This document shows, piece by piece, positions 1 to 8,712 of a DNA stretch of 64,000 nt (within the stretch, counting starts at the first letter, position 1; each line of letters begins with the position of its first letter). The translations under genes and the position numbers were made by a program. Origin of the DNA: Bacillota bacterium (GTDB lineage Bacteria; Bacillota; DTU025); the NCBI GenBank assembly GCA_050951805.1, contig JBMNJT010000002.1, forward strand, positions 1,248,001 to 1,312,000. Reading direction: 5' to 3'. The notes under the pieces are model-generated. The model searched no databases, was not told where the DNA came from, and saw only the letters and a list, made by a program, of their open reading frames with translations.

Positions 1-25
1 CGAACATGGTGATGCGGAAGATTCC

Positions 26-751
26 ATGGTGGAACAGATGAACCTATGGAGCGCCGAAGCAGAGTCGAATCAGTCGACTGCGCAGGCAATACCGTCCTGG
101 TCCGCAGCTGCTCATATAAGCGCTCCTGTGGCTGTACCTTTATCCGCTCATCCAAAGGGGCTGTGGGAAACGAGTGTTGTCAGGGCCCCCGACCTGCCGG
201 ATCTTGATGCAGTAGCGCGCGAGGCAAAAGAGTGTAGACGCTGTAAGCTGGGTGGTATGCGGAAGAATGCAGTTCCTGGAGAAGGGAATCCGCATGCGCG
301 AATAATGTTCGTTGGTGAGGGACCTGGCGCCGACGAGGATGCGCAAGGGAGGCCGTTTGTGGGAGCTGCGGGAAGGGTTTTGGACAAGCTCATTGCATCG
401 ATGGGCTTGAAACGCGAAGACGTTTTCATAGGGAATGTCGTGAAATGCCGTCCTCCGGGCAATCGTGTGCCAGCACCTGATGAAGTGGAGGCTTGCATGC
501 CCTACCTGGCGCGTCAGATCGAGCTGATAGATCCGGACATACTCGTAATCTTGGGCGCCACGGCGCTCAAAGCTTTGGTTGACCCGAACGCTTCCATCAC
601 GCGAATGCGAGGCAAATGGCTTGAGCGAAGCGGGATCCGGATAATGCCCACATTTCATCCGGCGGCTTTGCTTCGCGATACCAGCAAGAAAGCCTTGGTC
701 TGGGAAGACATGAAGAAGGTCAGGGCCTGCATGAAAGACTTTGAAGCGTAG
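26..751 (+). CDS. Uracil-DNA glycosylase family 4 (4Fe-4S type)
   Basis: CRRCKL Fe-S cysteines, motif A VGEGPG, GRPFVG, NVVKCRPP, motif B TFHPAA. Confidence 0.92.
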   Translation: MVEQMNLWSAEAESNQSTAQAIPSWSAAAHISAPVAVPLSAHPKGLWETSVVRAPDLPDLDAVAREAKECRRCKLGGMRKNAVPGEGNPHARIMFVGEGPGADEDAQGRPFVGAAGRVLDKLIASMGLKREDVFIGNVVKCRPPGNRVPAPDEVEACMPYLARQIELIDPDILVILGATALKALVDPNASITRMRGKWLERSGIRIMPTFHPAALLRDTSKKALVWEDMKKVRACMKDFEA

Positions 752-824
752 GGGGAAGAATAACTGCGAGCGCAGACTAATACTCTTCCGATGAGGGCAA
801 TGACCTTGAGGAGGTGCGGAGATT

Positions 825-1226
825 ATGAGGGCGGGTGCTCCGAAACGTGAGAGCGACCGCGCCCAGATCCCCATTTGGAAGCTGGTTGCGCTCGGTTGCG
901 GCGTTTGTTTCCTTGCCACACTGGTACTGTCCGCCGTCGGTGGAATACTCACGACCCTGTTTACCTTCGACCCTACTACTATCAATAACGCTGTTCCCGT
1001 CATAGGATATCTTAGCGGGGGAATAGGTGGTCTCTGGGCAGGCAAGAGGGGAGGCAAGAATGGGGGGAGAAACGGACTCTTGATCGGTGTGGTCTACCTT
1101 AGCATCGTTCTTCTGATATCTGCAGCCGTCGTCAGGGAACCCATGAGCTTGGCATCGGTTTTCACACGTGGGATGTCCACGATAATCGTTTCAACTCTCG
1201 GAGGGATCATCGGCGTCAATTTATAA
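825..1226 (+). CDS. Four-TM membrane protein, TIGR04086/YrzE-like
   Basis: Four hydrophobic helices, GG..AGK..G..G..NGL pattern, ends GGIIGVN; SD GAGGAGGT upstream. Confidence 0.65.
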   Translation: MRAGAPKRESDRAQIPIWKLVALGCGVCFLATLVLSAVGGILTTLFTFDPTTINNAVPVIGYLSGGIGGLWAGKRGGKNGGRNGLLIGVVYLSIVLLISAAVVREPMSLASVFTRGMSTIIVSTLGGIIGVNL

Positions 1227-1337
1227 GGTGGTAGCTACAACAAAATGCGTGTCGACAAGATTCGAGAACGTCTGCCTGGGCAGCCGGCGTATGCTGGTTG
1301 CCTATTCTTTTGGTACAATCGGTCGTGAGCAGGGCAA

Positions 1338-1366
1338 GGAGGAATCTGCCGACCAATGGCGAACGA
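1338..1366 (+). promoter_or_regulatory. Possible sigmaH promoter of the 1424 gene
   Basis: GGAGGAATC-11 nt-GGCGAACGA against consensus RNAGGAWWW-N11/12-RNNGAATWW. Confidence 0.3.
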
Positions 1367-1423
1367 TTAAACCAACTGGAGTGAATCTTTAGTCCCACAA
1401 AATCCGACAAGGGGGAATGATAG

Positions 1424-1783
1424 ATGATTCACCTCGCGCGTGAGGATGTTCTGCGGGGGCTTGAGCGTTTCAGGAGCATCGCGAAGCAAGATTTCCTCGC
1501 AAGCGGCCTCACGGAAAATCCGGAGTTTTGGGCGGCTCAAGCAGCAGCCCGACGGGCACAGTACGATCAGCTGATAGAGATTATTGAAACATCTGGAGTT
1601 CCGCGGGCCATAGAGAAGGCGATAGAATGCTACAACGAACTGCCGAACCTTTATGATGAGCCCGAATTCGGTCAGCCGGAGACGCGTGGTAGAAAACAGG
1701 CGCTTGAGGTCTTCTTCAAAGCGGTTGGCGTAGACCGCAAAACAATAAGGGATGCTCGGGGGCAAAAGACGGCGCGCATGTAG
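1424..1783 (+). CDS. Hypothetical helical protein
   Basis: 119-aa ORF with SD AAGGGGGA, followed by a T-rich terminator-like tract; no motif recognised. Confidence 0.65.
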   Translation: MIHLAREDVLRGLERFRSIAKQDFLASGLTENPEFWAAQAAARRAQYDQLIEIIETSGVPRAIEKAIECYNELPNLYDEPEFGQPETRGRKQALEVFFKAVGVDRKTIRDARGQKTARM

Positions 1784-1830
1784 GCGCGTTTTGCTTTTTT
1801 ATACAGGGCATTTCCTCTGTAAACATATAG

Positions 1831-1860
1831 AAGCCGGGCGGGATGAATCCAGCCCGGCTT
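1831..1860. terminator. Hairpin between convergent genes, likely lexA terminator
   Basis: AAGCCGGGC/GCCCGGCTT stem with inner GGAT/ATCC. Confidence 0.55.
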
Positions 1861-1878
1861 CGCTGTGGTCCACAAAAA

Positions 1879-2505
1879 TCAATGAATCTTCCTTACCAGC
1901 CCGATAACCTTTCCCAAAAGCATGGCTTTGTCGGTGATTATGGCAGAGAAGGCTGGGTTCTCCGGCTCGAGCCTCACATGATTACCGTCGCGATAGAAGC
2001 GTTTGACTGTTGCCTCATCCTCAATTAAAGCCACTACGATATCGCCATTTTCCGCGGTGGGCTGTTTTCTGACAAGAACATAGTCGCCATCGAGTATGCC
2101 TGCACCCACCATGCTTTCGCCGGACACCTGAAGCAGGAAGGAATCGCACTCCCCAGCTAAAGAGCGGGGGAGAGGGAAGTAGTCCGCAATGTTCTCAACA
2201 GCGAGAATAGGCTGCCCGGCAGTGACCCGCCCCACCAAGGGAACGTTCAAGACATCGCGAGCGGGCAGAGGCATGCGGTCGACGCCCATGATCACTTCTA
2301 TTGCTCGAGGCTTGGCCGCATCGCGGCGTATGTATCCCTTACGTTCGAGGGATGAGAGATATCCGTGGACAGTAGAGGTCGATTTCAACCCTACAGCTTG
2401 ACCAATCTCTCTGACCGATGGCGGATAGCCTCGCTCTTCGATTTGATCGGATATGAGTTGGAGGATCTGTTCTTCTCTGGCGCTAAGCATAGCCAAGCCC
2501 ATCAA
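1879..2505 (-). CDS. lexA: SOS repressor LexA
   Basis: [10 protein letters not shown] wHTH, TAG cleavage site, GESM catalytic Ser, ATVK catalytic Lys; true start may be 2490. Confidence 0.97.
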   Translation of the reverse strand: MMGLAMLSAREEQILQLISDQIEERGYPPSVREIGQAVGLKSTSTVHGYLSSLERKGYIRRDAAKPRAIEVIMGVDRMPLPARDVLNVPLVGRVTAGQPILAVENIADYFPLPRSLAGECDSFLLQVSGESMVGAGILDGDYVLVRKQPTAENGDIVVALIEDEATVKRFYRDGNHVRLEPENPAFSAIITDKAMLLGKVIGLVRKIH

Positions 2506-2550
2506 CCCCCTTCAGCTGAGGAAAGTATATCACAGCAGCCGAGCTGTTGC

Positions 2551-2626
2551 AAACATTCGTTCGGTTCAGCCCTTGACACAGAACATATGTTCTGTTAACC
2601 TTGGATTGGGTCCAGAACATCTGTTT
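2551..2626. promoter_or_regulatory. Three LexA (Cheo) boxes GAAC-N4-GTTC
   Basis: AAACATTCGTTC 2551-2562, perfect GAACATATGTTC 2581-2592, GAACATCTGTTT 2615-2626, in the lexA/yneA divergent region. Confidence 0.9.
2573..2601 (+). promoter_or_regulatory. sigmaA promoter of the yneA-like gene, with an SOS box in the spacer
   Basis: TTGACA-17 nt-TAACCT with extended -10 TG. Confidence 0.75.
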
Positions 2627-2644
2627 GCCAAGGGGGAAGCATCT

Positions 2645-3049
2645 GTGGACAAAGAGGGAATGGTGAATGCAAAGGAATATGGCAGACGATCCAAACCCCG
2701 CAGGGCCAAATCGAGGCCGCTCGCCATCCGCGTCAATTTCGAGAAAGCTGCATTTATCCTAGCTGCGATGGTGCTTGCCACAGTAGGCCTCACATTGGCG
2801 TTCTCTCAGAGGCCATACGTGGCTCCGCCGCTAGAAAATCTAGAAACGGTCACCGTGACTGTGCACCCAGGGGACACGCTATGGGGCATTGCGTCGCGGT
2901 TCTCAGACGGCAATGTTGACATTAGGCACGTGGTGCGCACAATCTCGGAGCTGAACGGATTGGAAGGCTCAATAATCCGGCCCGGGCAGGGCATCCTGGT
3001 TCCTGTTGAGCGGCCACAGGTGGCCGGCATGAGACGGCCATGGCGCTGA
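2645..3049 (+). CDS. yneA: YneA-like SOS cell-division inhibitor (TM + LysM)
   Basis: One TM helix, LysM VHPGDTLWGIA...IRPGQGILVP, divergent from lexA; GTG start after SD AAGGGGG. Confidence 0.8.
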   Translation: MDKEGMVNAKEYGRRSKPRRAKSRPLAIRVNFEKAAFILAAMVLATVGLTLAFSQRPYVAPPLENLETVTVTVHPGDTLWGIASRFSDGNVDIRHVVRTISELNGLEGSIIRPGQGILVPVERPQVAGMRRPWR

Positions 3050-3101
3050 GCGGCCCGCCGGAAGCGCGACCCCATGTTGGGACATGAGTGGGGGGTTGTG
3101 A

Positions 3102-3757
3102 GTGCCGGAACTGCACAGATGTGCGAGGCAATTGCGGACAAAACGGTGATCAATGCCACATGTGTGCAACCCAAGTGCCTGACTGGGGATGGGAGGCAAT
3201 CTGGTCTATCGTGCGCCGAATGATCCGCTGCCCGCCAAGTGGCAACTACGAATTGATTTCGCGGACCACTCCGGTTTCACGTGCAGACCGTGGTGGTTTG
3301 GATACTTTCACATCGCCCAACTCCACAGACTTGATGACCCCCCGATGGTCGGCGCTCTCGGCCCATCGCCCCTCGACGAGGCTTTCACCTTGGAGATCTT
3401 TCGCACGCTCGTGCGTAGCCGGCACGGCTGTGTCAAGGCGTTTCTTCTGGACCAGCGAAACATTTCAGGGATCGAGAATGCTTACTCCCATGACGTGCTT
3501 TTTGCAGCAGGAATCCATCCGCAGCGCCAACTTTCAAGCCTTGCTGATTCCGAAGTGGCAGCGCTATACAGCTCCATCCTATCAGTTCTTAAGGCTTCAG
3601 TGGATCTGGGTGGGGCTTCTTATGAACTCGATTTCTACGGACACCCGGGAGGCTTCACAGAGGACAAGCTTCTTGTAGGGTATGCGGCAGCCTTATCGCG
3701 AAGATCAAAACCGGTCGCACCAATTCATTTATCCGTCCATCATGCCAGCCCCTATAG
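3102..3757 (+). pseudogene. Fpg/Nei family DNA glycosylase pseudogene
   Basis: GTG-CCG-GAA-CTG (MPEL) at 3102. Next conserved piece QMCEAIADKTVINATCVQPKCL is in another frame. H2TH FLLDQRNISGIENAY..LF.AGIHP is in ORF 3189-3797. Zn-finger remnant CGSLIAKIKTGRTNSFIRPSCQPL* is shifted again. Confidence 0.8.
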
Positions 3758-3813
3758 GCACGGGATCTCGGATCACCATGACCCAACACAGATATAACGT
3801 CGCATAATACACA

Positions 3814-4269
3814 TTATGTTAACTTTACGTGTACCAAGAAAATCGCATTTCATTGATGCCCGCGATCAGAATCGGGTTTTCGGAACTAGCCAGATTCTGA
3901 TTTCTCTTGACTTTTGGGCAAGTCTGGCGTCAAAAGTGAGTATGACGCCTTCTGAAGGCCTTCTTGGAGACGCAGAAACCGACATATCGTTTCTCGGGCC
4001 TCTGCGATCGCCTACAAGCAGTGTTGGTTTGCAATGAAGCAATCACCGGTGCAATGAGGTTTGCGACGCTCACAGAGGCTCACAGAGCGTCAGTTCTGCA
4101 GTAGATCGCCGAAGGAACAAGTTTGCGGCACACACCCGGGTGTGCGCCGCAAAATCCCTTGCTCAACTGCTGCGCGGTCATGAGCAAAACAAAAAATCAT
4201 TATGAGTGCGAATCTACATGAGTCGTGAGGCTGCAAGATGCCGCCAGAATGGCTTTCAGGTTAACATAA
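3814..4269. mobile_element. Putative MITE or structured non-coding element
   Basis: Perfect 10-bp terminal inverted repeats TTATGTTAAC (3814-3823) and GTTAACATAA (4260-4269), several internal stem-loops, no credible ORF; no target duplication found. Confidence 0.45.
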
Positions 4270-4281
4270 AGCCAACCAACC

Positions 4282-5385
4282 TCATCTTACGAGGATATCC
4301 GGTCGCGCTATCTCACTGCCGTCATTGCCTTGTATTGAACGCATCGGCCAATTCCCGGTTTGCGTTATGATGTCGGGGCCGTCCTTCGTGGCGATGATCG
4401 TGTCTTCGCTTCTTATGCCATGGACGATCGGGTTCCAAGCGAAAGCCTGGTTTTCCAGGACCGTCTCTTGACTGGAGCCTGTTGCTAGGTAGTCCCGAAC
4501 CAGATATCCCGTGGCTCCGCCCAAGTGGTGCTTTTTCCATTCGTCAGGATAGCCAACGTCCTCATAGGCCCGGACGGCGGCATCAAAACACTTCGAGACT
4601 GGTTGACCTGGACGCGTTGCACAGATTGCGGCTGCTTCGATCCGGATTGCCGCATCATGCCATGCTCTGATGTGATCTGGGATCGGCCCTATGCAAACCA
4701 TCCTTGTGGCGCTCGCAGATAGCCCCCATCTACTGCCAGCAACTGTTAACATGGCGTATTTTTCCATGCGGGAGTAGGTCGGGGTGGGTTGGCTATTGCT
4801 CGTATTCCTTCCATCTGTCGCAATAAGTGTAACCCGCGGAGCGATTCCTGAATCAACCAGCCGCACTGCAAGAAGAGAAGAGATTTTATGTTCAGTCATG
4901 CCAGGTTCCACACAACGCGCTACTTCTTCCAAAGCTTTGCCCAGCTGACCTCCGAGCCACCTGTATCGGTCGATCTCCTCGGGTTCGAGTTTGAATCTGA
5001 GGGGCGCAATCTCATCGCCGTAGTAGATTGCGCCGCTCATCAGGACATCGGCGCCTACAGCGTTCCTCGCGCCGAAACTGTCTGGGTCAGGCAGCCCCTC
5101 ATACCATGACCTGGAGATCAGCTTGAACCCCTTTTGTTCTAGGCACGAATTCTGGTTGAGCCTTGCGATTTCGGCCTCATCCGCTGCTACATACGCTGAA
5201 TCCTCAGTAACCACGGCGCAGGCAGCTACGCGTCCAGTTGTCTCATCCACCGAAGGCGCCTCGCCTCCGGTGATCCAGGCGAAGTTTGAACGCTCCACGA
5301 GCAGCATGGCGTCTAGGCCCCTTTCTAACATGAGCCGACGCACTTTCTCCAATTTGTTTTGAACTTCCCGTTCCATGAACATCAC
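4282..5385 (-). CDS. M24 family (Xaa-Pro/creatinase-like) peptidase
   Basis: N-terminal creatinase-like NFAWITGG, HHLGGATGY, AWNP..RSEDT. Confidence 0.85.
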   Translation of the reverse strand: MMFMEREVQNKLEKVRRLMLERGLDAMLLVERSNFAWITGGEAPSVDETTGRVAACAVVTEDSAYVAADEAEIARLNQNSCLEQKGFKLISRSWYEGLPDPDSFGARNAVGADVLMSGAIYYGDEIAPLRFKLEPEEIDRYRWLGGQLGKALEEVARCVEPGMTEHKISSLLAVRLVDSGIAPRVTLIATDGRNTSNSQPTPTYSRMEKYAMLTVAGSRWGLSASATRMVCIGPIPDHIRAWHDAAIRIEAAAICATRPGQPVSKCFDAAVRAYEDVGYPDEWKKHHLGGATGYLVRDYLATGSSQETVLENQAFAWNPIVHGIRSEDTIIATKDGPDIITQTGNWPMRSIQGNDGSEIARPDILVR

Positions 5386-5391
5386 CCCTGC

Positions 5392-5610
5392 TCAGTGGCT
5401 ACATGTGCCACATGATCCACCAGCGCACGAACCACATGATCCGCCTGAAGACGACGAAAACGTCGATCCGCTCTTGAAGCCGAAAGAGGAGAAGAGTTTC
5501 TTAACCTCGTCGCTCCCACACTTTGGACATTTGACATCGGCACAACAACCGGTAACTAGCTCTTCAAATTTCTCACCGCATTTGGCGCACTTATACTCGA
5601 ATATTGGCAT
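5392..5610 (-). CDS. FmdB family zinc-ribbon protein
   Basis: MPIFEYKCAKCG...CPKCGS and C-terminal GSCGSCAGGSCGTC. Confidence 0.9.
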   Translation of the reverse strand: MPIFEYKCAKCGEKFEELVTGCCADVKCPKCGSDEVKKLFSSFGFKSGSTFSSSSGGSCGSCAGGSCGTCSH

Positions 5611-5625
5611 TTGTGTCCCTCCTAG

Positions 5626-6411
5626 TCATGCCATGCCAAGAAGTGACAACATGGTCTTGGCATTTACCGCGGCTTGCCCGGCGTGGCAATTATTGAACAA
5701 AACGAAAGCACGCTTCGTGGCCTCTGCGAGACGCTGTATTTTTGGCGCCCACTCAAGGAGCTCTGCTTCGGTGTATAGATAATTATAACGTTCCCAAGCT
5801 TCATTATGTTTCCACCACGTCTTAGCATTTCTCCCGTGAAACCTTACATAAGCAATGGGAGACGTATATACGGCAAGAGGTGGAAAGAGCCCCCGTAGGT
5901 TGGGTTCATCCACACAGCAAAACCCCATTCCCGCCCCTTTGAGCAGGTCGAACGTAGACTGGGATACCCATTCCACATTCCTGAACTCGACCACGATGGG
6001 GATATCAGGCAGCAGTGCAGGAAGGCGCTGGACATAACTGCTATTTTCGGGAGTCCTCTTAAAGCCCCATGGAAACTGGCAGAGAACACAACCCAGCTTG
6101 CCTTCACTGACTAAAGGTGCCATCGCTTTGGAGAATGTCTGGAATGCCTCTGCGATATCATCGCTGTCACGAGAAAGCTCATGAGTCATACTTCGATGTG
6201 CCTTTACGCAAAAGCTGAAATTCTCGGGAGTCCTGCGAGACATGCCTCCAATGGTCTTCGCATCCGGCATGCGATAGTATGTGAAGTCCAGCTCCACCAC
6301 GCTGAATTGAGTTGCATACCATTCGAGCATCTCCCGATCGGAAATGCTTTCTGGGTAGAAAACGCCTCGCCAATCCCTGTAGCTGAACCCACAAGTTCCA
6401 ACCTCTATCAC
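5626..6411 (-). CDS. DUF72 family protein
   Basis: [41 protein letters not shown]. Confidence 0.92.
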   Translation of the reverse strand: MIEVGTCGFSYRDWRGVFYPESISDREMLEWYATQFSVVELDFTYYRMPDAKTIGGMSRRTPENFSFCVKAHRSMTHELSRDSDDIAEAFQTFSKAMAPLVSEGKLGCVLCQFPWGFKRTPENSSYVQRLPALLPDIPIVVEFRNVEWVSQSTFDLLKGAGMGFCCVDEPNLRGLFPPLAVYTSPIAYVRFHGRNAKTWWKHNEAWERYNYLYTEAELLEWAPKIQRLAEATKRAFVLFNNCHAGQAAVNAKTMLSLLGMA

Positions 6412-6773
6412 GGCGAAGATCCCTCCATCAGCTTGAAGACAAGCTCTATGAATCCATCCTTGAACGAGAGTTCTGCCGGAGGTTTCCCGAAGGACTTCAC
6501 CTCTGCTATTTCTTGGACATCACTTGGCTTGCCCACAGCAAGCACATAAGCAATGTATACAATCCCCTTGGAACTGTTTACCCCGTTGGTCACTGTGTAC
6601 CAGCACAGAGGCTTCAAGTCGTCTACCAGAGCCCCCGCTTCCTCCAACAGCTCGCGACGGGCGGCCTCTTCAGGGCTTTCCCCCTGCTCTATTTGTCCTC
6701 CGGGAAACTCCCAACCTGCGCGGCGGACATTTCGAACCAGAAGGAGCTCCCCGTCTGTTACAGGCACGACCAA
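6408..6773 (-). CDS. NUDIX hydrolase (MutT/YtkD-like)
   Basis: Nudix box [27 protein letters not shown]; the frame stays open upstream, so the start is uncertain. Confidence 0.85.
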   Translation of the reverse strand: MVVPVTDGELLLVRNVRRAGWEFPGGQIEQGESPEEAARRELLEEAGALVDDLKPLCWYTVTNGVNSSKGIVYIAYVLAVGKPSDVQEIAEVKSFGKPPAELSFKDGFIELVFKLMEGSSP

Positions 6774-6882
6774 GACACTGTCAGGTTTTGACCATTCATC
6801 CTCAGGAGGACGACCACTAAACCAAAGATCTGTATGGACTCCGGGCCCGTCCAGCTTGATGAAGCCTCTTTCGTCGGCCTTG

Positions 6883-8037
6883 TCAGTCTTCCAACTCCCT
6901 ACCTCGAATCACACCCTTCGACCCATACCTTTGAGAAAGCTCGTCCAACACGTCGTCAATCGCACAGTTCCGATTGTCCGATCCGAAAAGCGAAAGCTGC
7001 CGACAATCGGATAGCCCGGATACAGATAGGCCGATAAGCCTGACAGCCATGCCCATATCAATTTCGTCCAGCAAAGTACATGCAGTGTTGTAGATGGTAT
7101 CGTAATCATCGAAGGGTTCGGCCATGGTCTTGCTTCTCGTCACTTGGCTGAAGTCTGCAAACTTCACTTTAACTGTCACGGTTCGCGCGAGCTTCCCCGC
7201 TCCGCGCAGCCTTGACCCAACCCTGCGGGCATGTTGCGCCAGGTATTGCACAAGTTCGTACCGGTCTGCGATATCCTCGTCGAATGTCGATTCAGACCCG
7301 AAGGATTTCTGCTCCTCATCTGCAACCACTGGGTCATCATCGATCCCGCGAGCCAAATCGTAGAGCTGTGCTCCCCATTTTCCATACTGCTCTACAAGCC
7401 ATTCCTTTGACCAGAGGCGAAGATCCTCTACGGTTTCAATGCCGTATCGTGCGAGAGACCTCTCCCCCTTTTCGCCCACTCCCCATACATCTCGTACTGG
7501 GAGAGGAGAGAGAAACGCGTCCACATCTTCTGGACAGATCACCAAGAGCCCGTCTGGCTTGGACTTCGATGAAGCCAGTTTGGCCAAGAACTTGTTTTGT
7601 GCTATGCCTACAGACGCCGTAAGCCCCGATGCATCCTTTATGGCCTGTTTTATCTGCGTGCCCAGATCCAAGGCGTCTGTGTAGAAGTGTTCACACCCGG
7701 TCATGTCGAGAAATGCCTCGTCTATGGAGACCTGTTGCATGATGGGCGTGAACGCCTCTAAGACACGCATTATTTCCCTTGACACCTGCACATATCGGGC
7801 CATGTTGCCCGGCACGAAAATGGCGTGAGGGCACAACCGCGCTGCCTGTGACATCGGCATCGCCGACCTCACACCATAGGCGCGCGCTTCATAGGAACAC
7901 GTAGACACCACAGCCCGAACGCTGTCACGAGGCCCGCCAACGATAACGGGTTTCCCGCGGTAATCGGGGTTGTCAAGTGCCTCTACTGCCGCGAAGAAAC
8001 AGTCCATGTCGACATGGGCGATGGTACGTGTCCACAC
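6883..8037 (-). CDS. dinB: DNA polymerase IV (Y family)
   Basis: [33 protein letters not shown]. Confidence 0.96.
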   Translation of the reverse strand: MWTRTIAHVDMDCFFAAVEALDNPDYRGKPVIVGGPRDSVRAVVSTCSYEARAYGVRSAMPMSQAARLCPHAIFVPGNMARYVQVSREIMRVLEAFTPIMQQVSIDEAFLDMTGCEHFYTDALDLGTQIKQAIKDASGLTASVGIAQNKFLAKLASSKSKPDGLLVICPEDVDAFLSPLPVRDVWGVGEKGERSLARYGIETVEDLRLWSKEWLVEQYGKWGAQLYDLARGIDDDPVVADEEQKSFGSESTFDEDIADRYELVQYLAQHARRVGSRLRGAGKLARTVTVKVKFADFSQVTRSKTMAEPFDDYDTIYNTACTLLDEIDMGMAVRLIGLSVSGLSDCRQLSLFGSDNRNCAIDDVLDELSQRYGSKGVIRGRELED

Positions 8038-8043
8038 ACGAAA

Positions 8044-8628
8044 TCACTCAACTTTTTTTATTATGGTTACCAGGTCGCCGTTGCCTAGGCAGGCCGCGTT
8101 GGCTTCATCGGTGTCGATATGAAACTCCCACGTGTAGGAATCATCGACACGTACAAGAACTTCATCAAAAATGAGTGCTCGAGCCCCATTGACCTTGGTC
8201 ATTACAATGTCTTTATCCTTTAACCCGATGCGCTCGGCCTCCTCAGGAGTCATGTGGATGTGCCTCTTGGCCACTATGACGCCGACTGGAATAGTGATCT
8301 CGGCTTTCGGGCCAATGAGCTTGATTCCAGGCGAACCGTCCAGGTCACCTGAGTCGCGCACCGGAGGTTGCACGCCAAGCTTGAAAGAGTCGGTGCGGGA
8401 AATCTCGACCTGAGTCCGTTTGCGAACTGGACCGAGAACGCGAACTCTTGAAATAGTGCCTTTGGGGCCAACAACATCGACAGTCTCCTCAGAAGCATAT
8501 TGCCCTCTCTGGCTCAGATCCTTCCTGACTGTCAGCTCGTAGCCTTCGCCAAACAACGTATCCAAATCCGCACGGGAAAGATGGAGATGACGATTGGATA
8601 CTCCAACAGGAACCTCGTATAATGACAT
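8044..8628 (-). CDS. pduL: PduL-type phosphate acyltransferase
   Basis: VGVSNRHLHLS, QVEISRTD, RHIHM, HIDTDEANA. Confidence 0.93.
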   Translation of the reverse strand: MSLYEVPVGVSNRHLHLSRADLDTLFGEGYELTVRKDLSQRGQYASEETVDVVGPKGTISRVRVLGPVRKRTQVEISRTDSFKLGVQPPVRDSGDLDGSPGIKLIGPKAEITIPVGVIVAKRHIHMTPEEAERIGLKDKDIVMTKVNGARALIFDEVLVRVDDSYTWEFHIDTDEANAACLGNGDLVTIIKKVE

Positions 8629-8665
8629 TACCCCTGCCTCCTATGTCAATGCGATACACGATTAC

Positions 8666-8694
8666 ATGATAGCCTGTGTAGCCAGCAAAAGCAA
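8666..8694 (-). promoter_or_regulatory. sigmaA promoter of the pduL-dinB operon
   Basis: Minus strand TTGCTT-17 nt-TATCAT, upstream of SD AGGAGG. Confidence 0.65.
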
Positions 8695-8712
8695 TTGAGG
8701 CCGGCCAGCAAC

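Noticed and set aside
140-1057. 305-aa minus-strand ORF (and similar long antisense ORFs such as 35114-36082 and 52654-53382)
   Set aside because: These are shadows of well-supported opposite-strand genes in GC-rich DNA and have no recognisable motifs.
1227-1423. SCIFF peptide/radical SAM locus after the TIGR04086-like gene
   Set aside because: No six-cysteine peptide ORF or maturase is present.
3102-3190. Selenocysteine read-through of TGA 3147 joining MPEL to the Fpg core
   Set aside because: A second in-frame TGA follows at 3180 and the Fpg-like residues lie in another frame.
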